Positions 54,385-63,048 of a DNA stretch of 64,000 nt are shown piece by piece; within the stretch, counting starts at the first letter, position 1; the number at the start of each line of letters is the position of its first letter. Both the position numbers and the translations under genes were made by a program. Origin of the DNA: Oscillospiraceae bacterium (GTDB lineage Bacteria > Bacillota > Clostridia > Oscillospirales > CAG-272); assembly GCA_015063805.1 (NCBI GenBank), contig SVTK01000014.1, positions 7,055 through 71,054 on the forward strand. The letters are read 5' to 3'. The notes below the pieces were generated by a model that was given only the letters and a program-made list of their open reading frames with translations, was not told the DNA's origin and searched no databases.

Positions 54385-54503
54385 ACCTTGGGGGGAGCCT
54401 TTTGAAAAAGCTCCCCCCTTTTTGCGACGTTTGGACCGTTCTCGGTCCAAACTCGGCGGAAGACAGCGAATCCGCTGTCTTCCTTCCCCCCGCGAAAACT
54501 TTC
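54385..54503. repeat. intergenic palindromic repeat unit interrupted by two unrelated hairpins
   Basis: GACCTTGGGGGGAGCCTTTTGAAAAAGCTCCCCCC, then hairpins TTTGGACCGTTCTCGGTCCAAA and GGAAGACAGCGAATCCGCTGTCTTCC, then the family tail CCCCCCGCGAAAACTTTC. Confidence 0.5.
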
Positions 54504-55824
54504 AGGCGGGGGTGTTTTGGTATTCGTTTTCGAATGTTATGTTCCAGTCGCCTGATGCCTGTGCGGAGTAGTAGTTGATGACCGCGTCAAAGGTGTCGCT
54601 GCCGTCGGGGAGGTAATGGAAGCATGTATAGGCTTCATCGCCGGCAGTGCGCATCATGATGCGGGGTGCCATCGGTTCAAAGGGGAGCTCGCCATCGTAT
54701 GGCGACCTCGACTCGATCACCAGATGCGGCTCAAGGAAGGCGTAATACTCTGTGCTGTAGTTGATGTTGTATTCGTATTTGATCCCGTTTTGTTCGCGGG
54801 TTGAGGTGGAAAACAACAGATAACCCTGCGGGAAGTTTTGTTCAAGGGTCTCCTTATCGTATGCCCCCATGGGATTGTTATAGCCGACTGCGGTGATCAT
54901 GCCTTGGGTTACCCCGTCGGGAACTGTGAATTCCTGGTTCAGCGTTACGACTTTGCCCGGTTGGGGCAGTTCGATGGGTACAACCACCGGCGTGTCGGGG
55001 AAGAAGCTTGAGAATGTAATGCTCTTCGATACAAAGCGCACGATTTCAGCGGACGGTGTTATATCGGCGGTGAAGATGTTTGTTTTGCCGATTCTCTTCA
55101 GTTGAAAAAATTTCTCATTTCTGTCAACCACATAGAAGTTGCCCACGGGGGTGACCGAGCCGCGTCCGTCGGCATATTCAAGTTCAACGGCAAATGTGGT
55201 AAGATCGTCGGTGAGGGGGATCAGCGTCAGACGCATGCCGCATTGTTCGGTGGTATATTTTTGGTACTGGGCGGGCATGCGGCTGAATTTTACGAGCTTG
55301 CCGTCAAACACTATACCTTCGGCCGCCTGTTTGCTTGAAATGTTCGGGATTTTGATTTGATACATACCGCACATGGTGCTGTTTGTGGCAACTTGGGTGA
55401 CCTCAATGAGGGAAAGCTCTGCATCGGGATACGGTATCAGTTCGTGCGCATCCATCTCGTCGTAGCGGACGGTGGATTTAATCCAAAACTGTACCGTGCC
55501 CTCCAGCCAAAAACCGTATGCGGTGGTATAACGGGCATTGTCGCCGCTTGTATTGTCCAGCATCATGTACAGCGGCTCTGCGGTGCCGTCCTCAACATTG
55601 ACCACACCGATGCCCGGGAAAAACCATTGTCTGAGCGCGGGAGAAGCTGATACTACGGTAATACCTGCTGTAAGAATCAGGATCGCGGCGATGATCGGGA
55701 TGGGATGCAGGCGAACATTGCGGCGCGGTACTGCACGTTCACGGATATTTGCTTTCATTTTGTTGAGCTGATTTTGATCGGGAGAAAGTGTGTCAAACAG
55801 ATGTTTCATGTTTCTGTGATTCAT
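54502..55824 (-). CDS. putative membrane-anchored anti-sigma factor / sigma-associated protein
   Basis: Starts 1 nt after the sigma-factor stop, with an AAGGAGG RBS inside the sigma gene's 3' end. Short cytoplasmic N-terminus, one TM segment (IPIIAAILILTAGITVVSA), and a roughly 370-aa extracytoplasmic domain of unknown family. Confidence 0.5.
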   Translation of the reverse strand: MNHRNMKHLFDTLSPDQNQLNKMKANIRERAVPRRNVRLHPIPIIAAILILTAGITVVSASPALRQWFFPGIGVVNVEDGTAEPLYMMLDNTSGDNARYTTAYGFWLEGTVQFWIKSTVRYDEMDAHELIPYPDAELSLIEVTQVATNSTMCGMYQIKIPNISSKQAAEGIVFDGKLVKFSRMPAQYQKYTTEQCGMRLTLIPLTDDLTTFAVELEYADGRGSVTPVGNFYVVDRNEKFFQLKRIGKTNIFTADITPSAEIVRFVSKSITFSSFFPDTPVVVPIELPQPGKVVTLNQEFTVPDGVTQGMITAVGYNNPMGAYDKETLEQNFPQGYLLFSTSTREQNGIKYEYNINYSTEYYAFLEPHLVIESRSPYDGELPFEPMAPRIMMRTAGDEAYTCFHYLPDGSDTFDAVINYYSAQASGDWNITFENEYQNTPA

Positions 55825-55825
55825 G

Positions 55826-56296
55826 TTAATCCTCCTTGATGATTTTTCGCATCAATTCGCGGGCCCGCTGAAGTTGGGTACGGACAGTACTTTCATTGCG
55901 CCCGAGAAGTGCAGCGATGTGGGCGGTGGCCATGTCTTCATAGTAGAACAGATAGACCACTTCGCGGTATTTTTGCGGCAGTCTGCGCAGAATTTCGGCT
56001 GTCTCCAGCGGCTTGGCATCGTCGGAATACGACACAAGTGTTTCGGGGATGTCCTCAAAATCAACGCGCCCAATGCGGTTGAGTGTGCGCTTGATGTTGA
56101 TGCACTCGTTGTGTGCGGCGCGCAGAAAGTAGGCCTTTTCATGCTCGTCCGACGCAAATTCCACATTGCTTCGGAGATAGCGCAGGAAAATATTCTGTAC
56201 TGCATCCTCCGCATCCTCGCGCCGCCCGAGCTTTAGATAGCACATGCGGTAGATTCGTGCTGCGTTGCGTTTGTATACCGAGTCGATGTCATTCAT
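55826..56296 (-). CDS. ECF-type RNA polymerase sigma-70 family factor
   Basis: Region 2 (AEDAVQNIFLRYL) and region 4 HTH (YEDMATAHIAALLGRNESTVRTQLQRAR). Start placed at ATG 56296; the track ORF extends to 56353. Confidence 0.85.
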   Translation of the reverse strand: MNDIDSVYKRNAARIYRMCYLKLGRREDAEDAVQNIFLRYLRSNVEFASDEHEKAYFLRAAHNECINIKRTLNRIGRVDFEDIPETLVSYSDDAKPLETAEILRRLPQKYREVVYLFYYEDMATAHIAALLGRNESTVRTQLQRARELMRKIIKED

Positions 56297-56395
56297 GGAT
56301 GTCACATCCTTTCCGGGGGTGTGTCTGAAATGCATTTCTGATATATTATACAACCCGGGGAGCGGTTTTGTCTGCTTGGAGTGGAAAATTTTTTT

Positions 56396-56520
56396 GACCT
56401 TGGGGAGGGGCCTTTTGAAAAAGGCCCCTCCCCAAACCCTTCCGCCAAAACTTTCAAACGAGGCGCGCCGGGAAGTTTTCGCGGGGGTTCGGGGGAGCCT
56501 TTTTCAAAAGGCTCCCCCGA
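56396..56520. repeat. composite intergenic palindromic repeat (two inverted units)
   Basis: GACCTTGGGGAGGGGCCTTTTGAAAAAGGCCCCTCCCC with tail AAACCCTTCCGCCAAAACTTTC, facing GGAAGTTTTCGCGGGGGTTC and palindrome GGGGGAGCCTTTTTCAAAAGGCTCCCCC. Confidence 0.7.
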
Positions 56521-56608
56521 TGGGCGGCATCCCGCAAGCAAACCTTGACAAATTCTCGCTTTTGCGGCATAATATAGGCATAGACCCATACCCGAAAGGA
56601 TGATACCC

Positions 56609-58042
56609 ATGAAGCGAAGAAGCGGCGTGCTGATGCACGTTTCCTCCCTGTGGGGGGATTTTTCCTGCGGCTCCTTTGGCAATGAGGCGCTGGAATGGAT
56701 CGATTTTCTGGCCGACTGCGGCTTTTCTGTCTGGCAGGTGCTGCCCTTCTGCCTGCCCGATGAATATAATTCCCCCTATAAGTCCTTCAGTGCTTTCTCG
56801 GGGAACCCCAATTTCATTGACCTGCCCAGCCTTTACCGCGACGGCCTCATCACTGCGGCCGAGCTGGGAGCGGCGGCACAGCAGACCCCCTATCTCTGCG
56901 AATTTGACCGCCTCGGCCGGGAGCGGATGGCGCTTCTTGCCCGTGCGGCAGGGCGATATACCGATGACGGGGAGATGGAGGACTTTTTTGCCGCCCATCC
57001 TCAGGTGGAAAATTTCTGCCGCTTCATGGCACTGCGTGCGGCCAACGGGGATCGACCCTGGACTGTCTGGACGGTGGACACCCCCGATCCCGCTCTGCTT
57101 GCAACCTGGCGGTTTGCCGAGTACACCTTCTTCCGCCAATGGGCGAAGATCAAGGCCTATGCCAACCGCCGGGGGATTTCGGTGGTGGGGGATGTGCCCA
57201 TCTATGTGGCCCACGACAGCGCCGATGTTTGGAGCGCCCCCGACCAGTTCCTGCTGGACGGGGAGGGAATGCCCACCGATGTGGCGGGGGTTCCCCCCGA
57301 TTACTTCTGCGCCGACGGCCAGTTGTGGGGAAATCCCCTTTACGATTGGGAGAAGATGCAGGCCGACGGCTTTGCCTGGTGGCGTGCGCGAATGGGCTTC
57401 ATGACCGAGCTCTTTGACGGCGTGCGCATCGACCACTTCCGGGGGATCGAATCCTATTACGCCATCCCCGCGGGGGAGACCACTGCCAAAAACGGCCGCT
57501 GGATCAAGGGGCCGGGTTTGGAATTTGTTCGCGCCATGCAGCAGGTCTGCGGCGACAAGCTGCTGATCGCCGAGGATTTGGGGGAGATCACGGCAGAGGT
57601 GGCTGCCCTGGTGAAGGACAGCGGTCTGCCCGGGATGCGGGTGCTGCAGTTCGCTTTCCTGGGGGACGAGAATTCTCCTCACCTGCCCCACCACTACCCC
57701 AACAACTGTGCGGCATACACCGGAACCCATGACAACAATACCCTCCTCGGCTACATTTGGGAGATGCCCGAGGCTGATCGCCGCCGGCTCTTCGCCTACT
57801 GCGGCTATGCGGGGGGAGATTGGGATCACTGTGCCGATGCCATCCTGCGTACCATGTTTGCCAGCCATGCGGGGCTGCTGGTGCTTCCGGTGCAGGATCT
57901 GCTTTTCTATGGAAGCGATACCCGCTTCAATACCCCCGGCAAAACCGGCGGCAACTGGAGCTATCGCCTGGCACGGGATCAGCTGCCCATGATTGACCGG
58001 GCAAAATTCAGAGAATGGAACCGCCTGTTCGGACGGGCGTAA
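56609..58042 (+). CDS. malQ: 4-alpha-glucanotransferase (amylomaltase, GH77)
   Basis: RSGVLMHVSSLWG N-terminus, GDVPIYVAHDSADVW and GVRIDHFRG motifs. ATG at 56609; an in-frame alternative is at 56600. Confidence 0.9.
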   Translation: MKRRSGVLMHVSSLWGDFSCGSFGNEALEWIDFLADCGFSVWQVLPFCLPDEYNSPYKSFSAFSGNPNFIDLPSLYRDGLITAAELGAAAQQTPYLCEFDRLGRERMALLARAAGRYTDDGEMEDFFAAHPQVENFCRFMALRAANGDRPWTVWTVDTPDPALLATWRFAEYTFFRQWAKIKAYANRRGISVVGDVPIYVAHDSADVWSAPDQFLLDGEGMPTDVAGVPPDYFCADGQLWGNPLYDWEKMQADGFAWWRARMGFMTELFDGVRIDHFRGIESYYAIPAGETTAKNGRWIKGPGLEFVRAMQQVCGDKLLIAEDLGEITAEVAALVKDSGLPGMRVLQFAFLGDENSPHLPHHYPNNCAAYTGTHDNNTLLGYIWEMPEADRRRLFAYCGYAGGDWDHCADAILRTMFASHAGLLVLPVQDLLFYGSDTRFNTPGKTGGNWSYRLARDQLPMIDRAKFREWNRLFGRA

Positions 58043-58063
58043 TTTGATTCGGGAGGTGCGGAC

Positions 58064-58660
58064 ATGGAGAAGTCGCTCCGGGGCTTGATCCCTATAGATC
58101 CCAACTCGCTGACGGTGGCTCCGGAGGCACTGCTGCAGGCCATGGGATGCCCTGCCGCCGCGCAGACTGCGCCGCTTCGCCATTTGGCGGAGGAGGCCGT
58201 GCGGGGCGCCGGGCGTGCCGCCGCACCGCAGGCGCTGTGGCGCAAATTTGAACTGGTGCGGGAGGGAGACGCCCTTTCCCTTGGGGGAACGGCGGTCGCT
58301 CTGCCCGGCGGGGACATTGCGGCGCATCTTCGGGGATGCGGCTCCTGTATTGTCTTTGCCGTGACCCTGGGGCTGGGCACCGAGCGGTATCTGGCCGGGC
58401 TTGCGGCCGACCCTGCCGCCGCTCTCTATGCCGACACGGCCTGCAGCTTGCTCATTGAGGAGGCGGCGGATTACGCCGAGGGGGAAATGCCCCGCCACAC
58501 CACCTGGCGGTACAGCCCGGGGTATGGGGACCTGCCCCTCACCCTGCAAGGGAAGCTGCTCTCTCTGTTGGATGCCCCCCGTCGGCTGGGGCTGACCCTC
58601 ACCGATTCGGGGCTGATGCTGCCGAGAAAAAGTATTACGGCCATCGTGGGATGCGCCTGA
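58064..58660 (+). CDS. stand-alone methionine synthase reactivation (AdoMet-binding activation) domain protein
   Basis: WRYSPGYGDLPL and LTDSGLMLPRKSITAIVG resemble the MetH activation domain (PF02965-type). Lies immediately upstream of a MetH gene that lacks that domain. Confidence 0.7.
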   Translation: MEKSLRGLIPIDPNSLTVAPEALLQAMGCPAAAQTAPLRHLAEEAVRGAGRAAAPQALWRKFELVREGDALSLGGTAVALPGGDIAAHLRGCGSCIVFAVTLGLGTERYLAGLAADPAAALYADTACSLLIEEAADYAEGEMPRHTTWRYSPGYGDLPLTLQGKLLSLLDAPRRLGLTLTDSGLMLPRKSITAIVGCA

Positions 58661-58678
58661 GAAAAGGAAGAAACGAAA

Positions 58679-61069
58679 ATGAAGGATTGCAGAAGCAGTT
58701 TTGTTTTGTTTGACGGTGCCATGGGCACCATGCTCCAGGCTCGCGGCCTGCGGGGCGGGGAAGTGCCCGAGGCGCTGAACCTCACCCACCCCGATGTGGT
58801 GCGGGCGATCCATGCCGAGTATGCGGCGGCGGGTGCAGATGTGATCACCGCCAACACCTTCGGTGCTAACCGGCGGAAGCTGGCAGAGGGGGATGCCTCT
58901 CTCTCGGTGGAGGCGGTGGTTTCCGCCGGTGTGAAGCTGGCCCGGGAAGCCGCCGATAGGGCGGGACGGGATGTGGCGGTGGCGTTGGACATCGGTCCAA
59001 GCGGCGCACTGCTGGAGCCCCTGGGAACCCTTTCCTTTGACGATGCCTACGACCTGTTCGCTGAAGTGGTGCGGGCAGGTGCGGCGGCAGGTGCCGATCT
59101 GGTGCTCATCGAGACCATGGCCGACCTGCTGGAGGCCAAGGCGGCGCTGCTGGCGGCCAAGGAAAACTGCGATCTGCCGGTGTTTGTCACCATGACCTTC
59201 TCGGCGGATGGGCGCACCTTCCTGGGCACCGATCCTGCCGCGGCGGCGGTGACGCTCTCGTCCCTGGGGGCGGATGCCATCGGACTGAACTGTTCCCTCG
59301 GGCCGGTGGAGGCACTGCCGTTGGTGCGGAAAATTCTTGACTATGCCACGGTTCCCGTGATGGTACAGCCCAACGCCGGCCTGCCTCGCATTGAGGGGGA
59401 GAAAACCGTGTACGATATTACCCCCGAGGCCTTTGTGGAGACCTGCTCCGCCATGGCGGCGGAGGGGGTCACGGTGCTGGGGGGCTGCTGCGGCACTTCC
59501 CCCGCCTTCATTCGGGGGCTTCGGCAGATGCTGGACGGACGTGCACCTGCTCCCCGCACTCCGGTTCGCCGCACGGTGTTTGCGGGAACGGGGGGCGTGG
59601 TGGAGCTGGCCGGGGCGAATATTGCCGTCATCGGCGAGCGGATCAACCCCACGGGGAAGAAGAAGCTCAAGGAAGCCCTGCGCAATCACGACGATGCTTA
59701 TGTGGTGAGCGAGGCTATCGCCCAGCAGGAGGCAGGCGCGGATATTCTGGATGTAAACGCCGGCCTGCCCGAGCTGGATGAGCCTGCCGTCCTCCGCCGT
59801 TTGGTGGGGGCGATCCAGGCGGTGTCCCCGCTGCCCCTGCAGATCGACAGCTCCGATCCCGCTGCCATCGAAGCAGCGGTGCGGGTCTATTGCGGCAAGC
59901 CCATCATCAATTCGGTCAACGGCAAGGAAGAGAGCCTTGTCGCCGTTCTGCCCATTGCCCGCCGTTACGGCGCGGCGGTGGTGGGGCTGACTTTGGACGA
60001 GGGGGGCATCCCCGATACCGCCGAGGGGCGGCTGGCCATTGCCCGGCGCATTCTCGATCGCGCTCTCGCCCTGGGCATTCCCCGGGAGGATGTGCTCATC
60101 GACTGCCTGGTGCTCACCGCTTCCACCAACCAGGCCCAGGTTCGCGAGACCCTGCGGGCCGTTTCCATGGTGAAGCGGGAGCTGGGGCTTCGCACGGTGC
60201 TGGGGGTAAGCAATGTCTCCTTCGGCCTGCCTGCCCGGGAGACCCTCAATGCCACTTTCCTCTCCGCCGCTTTTGGCGCGGGGCTGGATATGCCCATTCT
60301 CAATCCCCTGGCCGCGCCCTATCGCAATGCCGTTGCGGCCTATCGGGTGATCTGCGGACAGGATGCGGGGGCTGCCGCCTTCATTGAAGCCGCTCCGGCT
60401 ATGGTCACTGCCGCCGCGCCTGCGGCGAATGCCCCCGCGGCCGCCGATGCCGCTCCCGAGGGGCTGGCCGGCTACATCCTCAGCGGACGAAAGAAGGAAA
60501 CGGCAGAAGCGGTGCGGACCATGCTGGCTGATCTGCCCCCCATGGAGATCATCAACGGGCATCTGATCCCGGCGCTGGACGAGGTTGGCGTGCGGTTTGC
60601 CCAGGGCAAGCTTTTCCTGCCCCAGCTCATGGCTTCGGCCGATGCGGCCAAGGCGGGCTTCGAGCTTTTGCGGGCTGTCCCCAACGCCGAGACCGAGACC
60701 CGCGGGGAGATCCTGCTGGCCACGGTGAAGGGGGATATTCACGACATCGGTAAGAACATTGTGCGGATGCTGCTGGAAAATTACGGCTACGGGGTCATTG
60801 ACCTCGGCCGCGACGTGCCCCCGGAGGAGATTGTTGCCGCCGCGCTGGCACACCGGGTGAAGCTGGTGGGACTGAGCGCTCTCATGACCACCACGGTGGG
60901 GGCCATGAAGGAGACGATTGATGCCCTGCGGGCTGCAGGTGCCGATTGCCGGGTCATGGTGGGCGGCGCGGTGCTCACTCCCGAATATGCCAAGCTGGTA
61001 GGTGCCGATTTCTACGCCGCCGATGCGGCGGAGGCCGCACGGATCGCGGGTGAGGTATTCGATGCATAA
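58679..61069 (+). CDS. metH: cobalamin-dependent methionine synthase (Hcy-binding, pterin-binding and B12-binding modules; no activation domain)
   Basis: FDGAMGTMLQ and GGCCGT (Hcy module), NVSFGLP (pterin module), and B12-binding GDIHDIGKNIV (DxHxxG), SALMTTT. Confidence 0.9.
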   Translation: MKDCRSSFVLFDGAMGTMLQARGLRGGEVPEALNLTHPDVVRAIHAEYAAAGADVITANTFGANRRKLAEGDASLSVEAVVSAGVKLAREAADRAGRDVAVALDIGPSGALLEPLGTLSFDDAYDLFAEVVRAGAAAGADLVLIETMADLLEAKAALLAAKENCDLPVFVTMTFSADGRTFLGTDPAAAAVTLSSLGADAIGLNCSLGPVEALPLVRKILDYATVPVMVQPNAGLPRIEGEKTVYDITPEAFVETCSAMAAEGVTVLGGCCGTSPAFIRGLRQMLDGRAPAPRTPVRRTVFAGTGGVVELAGANIAVIGERINPTGKKKLKEALRNHDDAYVVSEAIAQQEAGADILDVNAGLPELDEPAVLRRLVGAIQAVSPLPLQIDSSDPAAIEAAVRVYCGKPIINSVNGKEESLVAVLPIARRYGAAVVGLTLDEGGIPDTAEGRLAIARRILDRALALGIPREDVLIDCLVLTASTNQAQVRETLRAVSMVKRELGLRTVLGVSNVSFGLPARETLNATFLSAAFGAGLDMPILNPLAAPYRNAVAAYRVICGQDAGAAAFIEAAPAMVTAAAPAANAPAAADAAPEGLAGYILSGRKKETAEAVRTMLADLPPMEIINGHLIPALDEVGVRFAQGKLFLPQLMASADAAKAGFELLRAVPNAETETRGEILLATVKGDIHDIGKNIVRMLLENYGYGVIDLGRDVPPEEIVAAALAHRVKLVGLSALMTTTVGAMKETIDALRAAGADCRVMVGGAVLTPEYAKLVGADFYAADAAEAARIAGEVFDA

Positions 61070-61081
61070 AAGGAGGACGGT

Positions 61082-61330
61082 ATGGATTTTGTCCTGGGTA
61101 TACTGGCCTTTTACGGCTGTATTCTTTTGTCTGTTGTCGCTGTTGTGGTCAACGCGGTAGATCTGTGCCGGGCAAAGAAGAAAAACAAGCTGACGCCCGG
61201 TGCGGTGTCGGAGGAACAGATACGGGATTATAAAACCGCATTGATCTCTTTTGCGGCAATCGCGTGTGTGCTTTTGGCGGTGGTAATTGGTGTTATCTCT
61301 TTGCTGGATACGGCCGTTGCCTATATGTGA
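61082..61330 (+). CDS. small two-TM membrane protein, paralog 1 of 3
   Basis: 82 aa with AAGGAGG RBS. Two hydrophobic helices flank the basic loop CRAKKKNKLTPGAVSEEQIRDYK. No family recognised. Confidence 0.6.
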   Translation: MDFVLGILAFYGCILLSVVAVVVNAVDLCRAKKKNKLTPGAVSEEQIRDYKTALISFAAIACVLLAVVIGVISLLDTAVAYM

Positions 61331-61357
61331 AGTATTTGGTCCATAAAGGAGAACGTT

Positions 61358-61606
61358 ATGGAATTATTGCTGGGTATGCTGGCCTTTTACGGCGTTACCA
61401 TCTGGACTATCGTCTCCGCTGTGGTAAACGCGGTGAAATTTTGTGGGGCAAAGAAGAAAAACAAGCTGACCCCCGGCACCGTATCGAAGGAGGAAATGCG
61501 GGAGTACAAAATCGAACTGATTTCCTCTTTGGCAATCGCGTGTCTGCTTACGGCGGTAGTGACCGGTGTCACGGTTCTGATGTACACGGCCGTTGCCTAT
61601 ATGTGA
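61358..61606 (+). CDS. small two-TM membrane protein, paralog 2 of 3
   Basis: 82 aa, roughly 60% identical to paralog 1 by hand count. AAAGGAG RBS. Confidence 0.6.
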   Translation: MELLLGMLAFYGVTIWTIVSAVVNAVKFCGAKKKNKLTPGTVSKEEMREYKIELISSLAIACLLTAVVTGVTVLMYTAVAYM

Positions 61607-61634
61607 GGTATTCGACGCATAAAAGGAGGACGAT

Positions 61635-61883
61635 ATGGGATATATTCTGTCACAAATTTTGTTTTACGGCATTCCCCTCGGGGTGCTTGCCTTTTTCATC
61701 GTGAGCCTGGTGCGCTTCTGTGGGGGAAGAAAGGCGAATATTCTGACCCCCGGTGCGGTACCGGCGGAGGAAATGCGGGCGCGGAAGATCATGCTCGTGG
61801 TTTCTTCGGTGATCGTTGGCCTGCTGGCGGCGGTGGTGATCGGTTTTACGATTCTGCTGTTCACGGCCATCGCCTTTATGTGA
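61635..61883 (+). CDS. small two-TM membrane protein, paralog 3 of 3
   Basis: 82 aa, more diverged but with the same architecture (FCGGRKANILTPGAVPAEEMRARK loop). AAGGAGG RBS. Confidence 0.6.
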   Translation: MGYILSQILFYGIPLGVLAFFIVSLVRFCGGRKANILTPGAVPAEEMRARKIMLVVSSVIVGLLAAVVIGFTILLFTAIAFM

Positions 61884-61890
61884 GGTGGAT

Positions 61891-62031
61891 ATGAAAGAGC
61901 GTACATTTCGGATTTTGCTTTGGTCGGTGATGGGGGTTTGCCTTGCGCTGACGGCGGCGCACCTGGCCTATGCCATTTATGCATATCAGCATTGCTCCAT
62001 CATTTATTTCATTGCAAAGGAGTTGTGGTGA
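61891..62031 (+). CDS. possible 46-aa single-TM peptide (untracked small ORF)
   Basis: ATG 5 nt after GAGGTGG. Translation MKERTFRILLWSVMGVCLALTAAHLAYAIYAYQHCSIIYFIAKELW. Its stop lies 1 nt before the next gene's ATG. No homology recognised. Confidence 0.35.
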   Translation: MKERTFRILLWSVMGVCLALTAAHLAYAIYAYQHCSIIYFIAKELW

Positions 62032-62032
62032 G

Positions 62033-63034
62033 ATGAAGGGGAGACGTATTCTTCGGCAGGGATTGACCCTGTTGCTCTGCGTGGGGCTTTTTGCCGCCTT
62101 CAACGGCAGTATGTATCTGCTGCTCACGGGGCGGCTGGCCAACAATTTCAGCGGTGCCACCCGGGCGCAGATGGTGGATGTGGGGGCATATCTCCCCCAC
62201 GAGCCCGACTCTGATCTGCCCCGGATCGAGGCCGGCCTTGAGCTGACGGGAGAGCTTCCCGTACTGGACGGGGCGGCGGCCCTGGTGCCGGTTTACGCCG
62301 CGGTGATCGACAACCTCTATCCCGAGGGCTCGGTGACCTATGTGGGCGGAACTTTTTCGGACGACAACTATTACGGGGAGAATTTTGCCCCCGACAGCAA
62401 GATGCAGTACCGCAACACCGTGCGGGGCTACCGCGCCGTGGTGGACGGGGACTGTGATATCCTCTTCTGCGCCGCCCCCTCCGCCGAACAGAAGCAGTAT
62501 GCCGCCGACGCGGGGGTGGAGCTGATCTATCTGCCGGTGGGCAGAGAGGCCTTCGTCTTCTTCGTCAACGCAGACAACCCCGTGGATGATCTCACCGTGG
62601 AACAGGTGCGGGGAATCTACGGGGGCGAGTACACCAACTGGGCCCAGGTAGGCGGTCCGAACCGCATCATCAATCCCGTGACCCGGCTGGAGGGAAGCGG
62701 AAGCCAAACCATGATGGAGGCCTTCATGAAGGGGCAGCCCATGGGAGGCAAATCCCTTTTCGCGGTGACGGGTGGATCGATCGGGTTCTCCTTCCGCTAT
62801 TATTTGGCGGGAATGGTGGACAATCCGGGGGTGAAAATGCTTGCGCTGAACGGCGTTTATCCCGATGCCGACAATATCCGGGACGGCAGTTATCCCGTGG
62901 TGGCTGAGTTTTACGCCATCTACCGCGCCGACAATGCCAATCCCAATGTGCCGCTGATCCTGGATTGGCTGCTCTCCGCCGAGGGACAGTCGCTCATCGA
63001 GGCCTGCGGGTATGTGGGTGTACAGGAAAAATAG
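62033..63034 (+). CDS. membrane-anchored PstS-like (PBP type 2) substrate-binding protein
   Basis: N-terminal TM anchor. Motifs GSGSQTMMEAF, IGFSFRYY and LALNGVYPDADNIRDGSYPV resemble phosphate-binding-protein-like domains. Confidence 0.6.
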   Translation: MKGRRILRQGLTLLLCVGLFAAFNGSMYLLLTGRLANNFSGATRAQMVDVGAYLPHEPDSDLPRIEAGLELTGELPVLDGAAALVPVYAAVIDNLYPEGSVTYVGGTFSDDNYYGENFAPDSKMQYRNTVRGYRAVVDGDCDILFCAAPSAEQKQYAADAGVELIYLPVGREAFVFFVNADNPVDDLTVEQVRGIYGGEYTNWAQVGGPNRIINPVTRLEGSGSQTMMEAFMKGQPMGGKSLFAVTGGSIGFSFRYYLAGMVDNPGVKMLALNGVYPDADNIRDGSYPVVAEFYAIYRADNANPNVPLILDWLLSAEGQSLIEACGYVGVQEK

Positions 63035-63048
63035 AAAGGAAGTTTGGC

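Noticed and set aside
56504-60853. 1449-aa minus-strand ORF spanning malQ, the MetH activation-domain gene and metH
   Set aside because: It is antisense to three well-supported plus-strand genes. It crosses their intergenic gaps and a repeat element, and has R/G/P/H-rich composition with no domain signature.
61264-61704. 146-aa alternative-frame ORF crossing paralogs 1-3 of the small membrane proteins
   Set aside because: It is out of frame with three RBS-preceded, mutually homologous 82-codon ORFs and crosses their stop codons and spacers. Its repetitive translation merely reflects the underlying DNA triplication.
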